Shown here one piece after another: positions 37,544-42,323 of a DNA stretch of 42,323 nt (positions are counted from its first letter, which is position 1; the number at the start of each line of letters is the position of its first letter). A model generated the notes under the pieces. That model saw nothing but the letters and a program-made list of their open reading frames with translations. It ran no database searches and was not told where the DNA came from. The position numbers and the translations under genes were made by a program. This stretch comes from a virus (lineage: Duplodnaviria > Caudoviricetes): positions 1-42,323 of the IMG/VR virus record IMGVR_UViG_3300005286_000010; one strand, written 5' to 3'.

Positions 37544-37996
37544 TTAATTTTGTTTATCTTTGTTTTCAAGTTCATTAACTTCTGTGAGTAATGATATCCA
37601 TTCGTCGCCTTCTTGGGCAAAGTTAAGAGTAGTTTCTTTGACGAATGGAATTTCTGACAAAATGTTATACAGCAAAGTCCTTGCCGCTTCTCTTCGTTGA
37701 TTCCATAATGCTTTTTCCTTTTCCGATTCAACTACAGCAACAGCCATACAAGCCTCGTCATATTTGTTAGAAATAATTGTTGCATTCTTAGTGAAGTCAG
37801 TTACACCTAGAAGAAAATCAAGTGATTCATCCAAGATTGCAGGAAGTTGGGCCAAAATCTCCAGTTTAGGCTCGCGAAGATTGTACTCATATTTTGAATA
37901 ACTGGATTGAGTCATACCAATCTTTTCGGCCATTTGTTTTTGAGTCAAACTCCTTCGCTCTCTGCACCACTTTAGTCGAGCTGCGAACAATTCCAC
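37544..37996 (-). CDS. XRE-family HTH repressor 1
   Basis: LTQKQMAEKIGMTQSSYSKYE...SLDFLLG; no peptidase domain. Confidence 0.92.
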   Translation of the reverse strand: MELFAARLKWCRERRSLTQKQMAEKIGMTQSSYSKYEYNLREPKLEILAQLPAILDESLDFLLGVTDFTKNATIISNKYDEACMAVAVVESEKEKALWNQRREAARTLLYNILSEIPFVKETTLNFAQEGDEWISLLTEVNELENKDKQN

Positions 37997-38013
37997 GACA
38001 AAACACCCACCTC

Positions 38014-38044
38014 TTGACAATGGTCCATAATGTGTTATTATAAT
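38014..38044 (+). promoter_or_regulatory. SigA promoter for Cro-like gene 1
   Basis: TTGACA 38014; TGtTATTAT/TATAAT 38033-38044. Confidence 0.7.
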
Positions 38045-38083
38045 CTCGAAATGAACTAATACATTCCTAAATGGGGTGATAAA

Positions 38084-38299
38084 ATGGCAAAACCTAAAAG
38101 CAGACTAGAATATCTTCGAAAGATCAATTTTATGACTCAGGCAGAAGTTGCAGCAGCACTTGCGATTACACAGTCTCATTACAATAAGATTGAACGCGGA
38201 GATCGAGGTCTGTCGATGAACATGGCAAGAAAGCTTAAGGCGCTTTTTAAAGTCGATTATATTGATGACTTGCTTGATGAACATGTAGCCGTTTCGTAA
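38084..38299 (+). CDS. Cro-like XRE HTH protein 1
   Basis: TQAEVAAALAITQSHYNKIERG; divergent from repressor 1. Confidence 0.9.
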   Translation: MAKPKSRLEYLRKINFMTQAEVAAALAITQSHYNKIERGDRGLSMNMARKLKALFKVDYIDDLLDEHVAVS

Positions 38300-38342
38300 T
38301 CATTATACGCACAAAGTGAACCAATTAAAAGGAGGAAAGAGA

Positions 38343-38813
38343 ATGGGAGCAATTAAATTGATGATTGAAAATAAGGACTTCGAAATTACAGTCAAGGAGT
38401 TTAACGGACATCGAGTAGTAACTCTAAAAGACATTGATACAATTCATGAACGTCCGGACGGAACTGCAAGAAGAACGTTTGCCTCTGCCAGGAAGCATTT
38501 TGTAGAAGGAGAAGATTACTTCGTACGCAATACGTACGAAGCATTTGCAGAGTTTGGTTTAAAAGCTCCAAATGGGCTCCTACTATTCACTGAATCTGGA
38601 TACTCATTACTGGTAAAACCATTCACTGATGAGCTTGCGTGGAAAGTACAGAAACAACTCGTTAAAAATTATTTCAAAGCAAGGGATATTATTTCCCAAA
38701 ATCAAGTAGTTCCGCATACAATTGAGGACATTCTTATCTCCGCTCTAACTAGCATGAAAGAGATGAAGTTGGAAAATGCTGAATTGAAGCGGAGTGTTTG
38801 TTGTCGACAATGA
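38343..38813 (+). CDS. ORF6N-domain antirepressor-like protein, N-terminal part
   Basis: KEFNGHRVVTLKDID..H.RPDGTA; LFTESGY.LLVKPFTDELAWKVQ. Confidence 0.88.
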   Translation: MGAIKLMIENKDFEITVKEFNGHRVVTLKDIDTIHERPDGTARRTFASARKHFVEGEDYFVRNTYEAFAEFGLKAPNGLLLFTESGYSLLVKPFTDELAWKVQKQLVKNYFKARDIISQNQVVPHTIEDILISALTSMKEMKLENAELKRSVCCRQ

Positions 38814-39033
38814 AGTCGTTCTAACTAAACAACAAAGAGCTGCAATACAACAGGCTGTTGATAGGAGACAAGGAGAACTAAATTCTGAAGGATACACAAG
38901 TGCTCATTTTCAAGGAATCTATAAGACATTGAAAAATCATTTTGATGTTTCTTCGTACTCCGAAATTAGACGTGTAGATTTTCCCGTAGCCATGAAGATA
39001 ATTTCTGGATGGTATCCTAAAAAAAGTGGATAA
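38794..39033 (+). CDS. ORF6C-like C-terminal part, out of frame
   Basis: LKNHFDVSSYSEI...F..A...ISGWYP. Confidence 0.7.
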   Translation: MFVVDNEVVLTKQQRAAIQQAVDRRQGELNSEGYTSAHFQGIYKTLKNHFDVSSYSEIRRVDFPVAMKIISGWYPKKSG

Positions 39034-39048
39034 GGAAGGAGAAAGTAA

Positions 39049-39354
39049 ATGAAATACAGCGATATAACAACAGAAGAATTAGGAAAACTTCTTAAAATGT
39101 ACAACCACAAAGTGCAGGTTACGCCTGAGTGTGTAACAAGTGAAGATGTTAATGATTCGTGGGATGTAATGTTTGAATTCTCAAGTCGATTGTCATACCA
39201 TCTTACTGAACAAGAACAGCAATTAGATGAAATTAAAGAAAAGTGTGAGAAGAACTCTGACGCTGTGGATTTCATTTTAGAATATGGTCTATTCGAAGAA
39301 TTCCAGGAGTATCGTCGAAAATTAAAATCACCTAAGTTGTACATTGTAAAATAA
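39049..39354 (+). CDS. Hypothetical protein
   Basis: AAGGAG RBS. Confidence 0.7.
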   Translation: MKYSDITTEELGKLLKMYNHKVQVTPECVTSEDVNDSWDVMFEFSSRLSYHLTEQEQQLDEIKEKCEKNSDAVDFILEYGLFEEFQEYRRKLKSPKLYIVK

Positions 39355-39532
39355 AAATCGCCTCCAACTGGAGACGATCAAGGCCTCTTACCGGTCCCGC
39401 CAAGAATCGAGTAAGTGGCTGAAAAGGAACGCTCACCAGTTTTGTGAACGTTAAATCCGGGACTACGCCCACAAAGACATTATAACGAACGAATACATAC
39501 TTGGATAGTGGGCGAGTCTCTTTTTTACTGTA

Positions 39533-39562
39533 TTGATAGGAACGTGCGTTCTCATTTATAAT
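39533..39562 (+). promoter_or_regulatory. SigA promoter with LexA (SOS) box in spacer
   Basis: TTGATA-18-TATAAT; GAACGTGCGTTC at 39540-39551. Confidence 0.85.
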
Positions 39563-39593
39563 GGAAAATATCATACAGTGCGGAGGATACTTA

Positions 39594-39749
39594 ATGGAAA
39601 ATACTATCGAATTAGCGCCACGTTTCCGAGAGTTATTCGACATTTGCACGGTAGAGCAGATGGAAAGCGCTATCATCAATATCCCAAACAGCAATAGTGC
39701 CAGTTTGAACGAAGTGCTTAAGATAGCATTAGAAAAGCGCCCTGGTTAG
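39594..39749 (+). CDS. LexA-controlled 51-aa protein, candidate antirepressor
   Basis: GGAGG RBS; directly downstream of SOS promoter. Confidence 0.7.
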   Translation: MENTIELAPRFRELFDICTVEQMESAIINIPNSNSASLNEVLKIALEKRPG

Positions 39750-40138
39750 GGCGCTTCATCTTTTTTAGGGAACATTCTATCCAGCATACCTCTAAGAGTA
39801 TTTCTATCATCTTCAGTGAGAACATGATCGTTTACCGTGAGTGCATGGTTGCTATTCAACAATTTCATTATTTCGTTGCTAATTTCTTCTGCTGTTTTTG
39901 TGTTTTTTACTTCAACCCCATTAATGTATCCGGCCTCTTTCATCAACTCATTATAATCAACACCAAGTGGACCAGAGAGCTTCTGGAGAATTTCCGGTGA
40001 TGGAATTCCACGGGCTCCGTTCTCCATTTGAGAAATATAAGAGTGGGAAACACCAGATTTTAAATCCAGTTGTCGAACAGTAAGCTTTCTTTCTTTGCGT
40101 TTCTTTTTCAAATACAGCCCGAAGTCAACGGGTTCCAA
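39746..40138 (-). CDS. XRE-family HTH repressor 2
   Basis: LTVRQLDLKSGVSHSYISQMENG; TTG start with GAGGTG RBS; no peptidase domain. Confidence 0.92.
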   Translation of the reverse strand: MEPVDFGLYLKKKRKERKLTVRQLDLKSGVSHSYISQMENGARGIPSPEILQKLSGPLGVDYNELMKEAGYINGVEVKNTKTAEEISNEIMKLLNSNHALTVNDHVLTEDDRNTLRGMLDRMFPKKDEAP

Positions 40139-40279
40139 TTGTAACCACCTCGTTCTTATTATAAACACATTTGTGTTACTTATATCAAACTTTTTAAAAA
40201 TAGTGGTTGCACATGTGAACATCATGGTGTATATTGGTTACATAAGAAACAACACAAAAGTGAACAAGGGGGTGAAACA

Positions 40280-40516
40280 ATGAAAATTCTAATCCGCGAT
40301 CGCATTAAACTTCAAGAAGCGGTCATGAAGAGAGGGTTCACGCGTCGTGGGTTTGGACAAGCAATCGGTATCTCTCATAGTACTGTTGTTCAACTCTTAA
40401 ACGGAAATCGTAATCCTAGCCCTCCGATTGCCAAGAAGATTGCTGATTTTTTAGAAGAAGAGTTTGACACCATTTTTTTTATCGAAAATGGTTACAAAAG
40501 TGAACAGAGCGCATAA
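40280..40516 (+). CDS. Cro-like XRE HTH protein 2
   Basis: GISHSTVVQLLNGNRNPSP..AKKIA; divergent from repressor 2. Confidence 0.9.
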   Translation: MKILIRDRIKLQEAVMKRGFTRRGFGQAIGISHSTVVQLLNGNRNPSPPIAKKIADFLEEEFDTIFFIENGYKSEQSA

Positions 40517-40684
40517 GTAATTATTCGACGATTTTCAGAAAACACCTTCAAGGAGGCCAACCATGAAACTGAGCACACGCGACTTACACCCTGACGTACA
40601 AAACGACGTTAACCGCCTTCTCGCACTAGCTGCCGAGAGAAAGGCTAAGGCCAATCGCGAGAATACGCAGAAAGGAGCGTAAAC

Positions 40685-40861
40685 GTGTCACTCAAATCCG
40701 CGGCCTATTACCACGGCCAATTCGCACAACGAGTACGAGCTGCATCGAACAACATGGACAAGCTTAAAGCACTGTTCGAGTACGAAGCATTCATGGACGA
40801 AGTCGAGAATGATTTACTCATGGCATCTTACGGAAAGGGTGAACAGAGTGAGAGTGCATGA
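40685..40861 (+). CDS. Small hypothetical protein (58 aa)
   Basis: Read manually; AAAGGAG RBS; GTG start. Confidence 0.55.
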   Translation: MSLKSAAYYHGQFAQRVRAASNNMDKLKALFEYEAFMDEVENDLLMASYGKGEQSESA

Positions 40862-41027
40862 CCGAGTGTTGCTGGTCGAACCAGAAAAGGATTACCCATC
40901 ATGTGCGTGTGGATGCGGGAAGAAGGTACCGCCAGGAGGCTACATATACATCGACGATTACCTTTACGACAAAGACTGCTGGTTCCGACTGGCGATCAAG
41001 GAACAGTGGATCAAGGAGGTAAGCTAG
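40809..41027 (+). CDS. Small Cys-rich protein (true start probably downstream)
   Basis: CACGCGK motif. Confidence 0.55.
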   Translation: MIYSWHLTERVNRVRVHDRVLLVEPEKDYPSCACGCGKKVPPGGYIYIDDYLYDKDCWFRLAIKEQWIKEVS

Positions 41028-41153
41028 TTGGTTGATCTCCTCTACTGCGAAATACACAACAAACTACACAGACTGTACCCCGATCCAGTATCGAAGAGTA
41101 TCAAACTATGCTGTATCCAATGCCAGATAGAAGAGAACGGGAGGAAGTAGTGC

Positions 41154-41390
41154 ATGGAAGAACTGTTTGAAAAAATCGAGGAAATTAGATTCAGTTTAAC
41201 GACATTAAGAGAAAACACGCACAAGCAACCATTTTTTGCCGCACCTAGTCCTTATGAAATCCTTGAGAACCTTAGTCTATTCATGAAAAACGAGCTTGAT
41301 AGTTTGATCCAATCGGCAGATAGAGCGCTCGAAATTATTGAAACCTTAGAGGAGGAACAACACCATGACAACGATACGCAGACTCCCTAA
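41154..41390 (+). CDS. Hypothetical protein
   Basis: GGAGG RBS. Confidence 0.7.
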   Translation: MEELFEKIEEIRFSLTTLRENTHKQPFFAAPSPYEILENLSLFMKNELDSLIQSADRALEIIETLEEEQHHDNDTQTP

Positions 41391-41429
41391 ACCGCCTGTA
41401 CGTAATCCTAACTTTCCGAGAGGTGCTGC

Positions 41430-41645
41430 ATGAACACAGCCGCATCCCCCATGATCGAATACCACGTAGAGACGGAATGCGGACGTAACTTCTGCTGGTC
41501 GGCAAGCTCTCTAGAATCGCTTTTCCGGGACTTGATCTCCAAACAGTATTATGCCACTAGAGTGATGCTTCAAAGCGAATATGAGGCCGAACAGGACCGT
41601 ATAGCGATGATTCGAGAGAAGCTTAAGGAGGATGAAGCGGCGTGA
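41430..41645 (+). CDS. Hypothetical protein
   Basis: GAGGTG RBS. Confidence 0.7.
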   Translation: MNTAASPMIEYHVETECGRNFCWSASSLESLFRDLISKQYYATRVMLQSEYEAEQDRIAMIREKLKEDEAA

Positions 41646-41839
41646 ATACAGTCAGTGGATGTTGCTTAAAACCGATTGAAACCGGTCAAAAGAAATCATT
41701 CCCGTACGACGCAGAAACGCCAGTTTTCTACAAAGTGGACTACTGTACGGGATGCGGAAAAGAAGTGGAGGAAGTTGTATCGGTACATGGCTGTTGTGGG
41801 CTTGAAATCTGTGAATGTGAGGTGTCGGAAATTGCCTAA
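41642..41839 (+). CDS. Cys-rich hypothetical protein
   Basis: GTGA coupling; several Cys pairs. Confidence 0.65.
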   Translation: MNTVSGCCLKPIETGQKKSFPYDAETPVFYKVDYCTGCGKEVEEVVSVHGCCGLEICECEVSEIA

Positions 41840-42176
41840 TGCTAAAGGGTGGTACACGAAAGAAGAAGTGCAGGAAACGGGATTGCCTTACTACATCCCT
41901 CGATCTGAACGTTGGACACATGAGCCATATCCATTTGCGGTTCTGCTCACTAGAACACGTTGCAAGGAACTGGGGATCCCGGCGCTTAGAAATGGAAACG
42001 AAGGGCCTTCCGCTTTTCGTTACGCTTCGGCTGCCGGACACGGTGGGACCAATGAAGATAAGAAGCACAAGTATATCCCCTTATACGACCGTACAGACGT
42101 ATTTGAAGCCGGTGAAATCAGTATGGACAAGCTCTATAAGCACGAAATCATGGGGAGGATGGAACAACATGAGTAA
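41832..42176 (+). CDS. Hypothetical protein
   Basis: GAGGTG RBS before TTG 41832. Confidence 0.65.
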   Translation: MPNAKGWYTKEEVQETGLPYYIPRSERWTHEPYPFAVLLTRTRCKELGIPALRNGNEGPSAFRYASAAGHGGTNEDKKHKYIPLYDRTDVFEAGEISMDKLYKHEIMGRMEQHE

Positions 42177-42224
42177 AGACCCCGAATTCTACGAACGCCG
42201 CGACTGGATTAAGGTGGTATGAAC

Positions 42225-42323
42225 CATGATCCCCCAATCCCGCACCGTATACCTCGAATTAGCCCGCATAAGCCGTAACAGGCGAACACGTATCATCTAC
42301 TTCAAAAACTACGTTAGGACGCT
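42225..42323 (+). repeat. 99-bp exact direct repeat, copy 2
   Basis: Identical to 419-517. Confidence 0.97.

Larger units (their letters stand above)
419..42224. mobile_element. Complete circular temperate phage genome, podovirus-like, with serine integrase
   Basis: Integrase, immunity, replication, packaging, head, short-tail, ejection and lysis genes all present; no host genes; circle closed by a 99-bp overlap. Confidence 0.92.

Noticed and set aside
1-42323. CRISPR array, DGR or retron
   Set aside because: No regularly spaced repeat-spacer array, no reverse transcriptase, and no TR/VR pair seen.
42225-42323. Biological direct terminal repeat
   Set aside because: Exactly 99 bp, matches an internal position, and the PBSX-type terminase suggests headful packaging; better explained as assembly overlap.

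Overview
The window is an essentially complete ~41.8 kb temperate phage genome with podovirus-type virion genes, from a Bacillota host (gene style suggests Paenibacillaceae; inference). Bases 42225-42323 exactly repeat 419-517, so 419-42224 closes as a circle and 1-418 is an alternative branch. Gene order: mosaic early region (ERF, HNH, YopX and ABA-sandwich paralogues, DnaD-domain initiator with iterons, DUF1064); ArpU/RinA-like late activator; ~450 nt structured non-coding leader; TerS/TerL, portal, scaffold, capsid, tail and ejection proteins (SLT, LPD38); holin and amidase; an ISL3 element with two passenger genes inserted in a LexA-controlled yhjD-like gene; probable attP; large serine integrase; two repressor/Cro pairs. 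Best candidates for something new: (1) a ~320 nt pseudoknotted RNA plus a tRNA-like RNA behind the late promoter; (2) a three-copy two-hairpin element with covarying stems at accessory-gene boundaries; (3) a LexA-gated 51-aa ORF convergent on a repressor; (4) a probable -1 frameshift fusing a lytic transglycosylase to an ejection protein. All family calls are from motif recognition by eye; no database searches were run.
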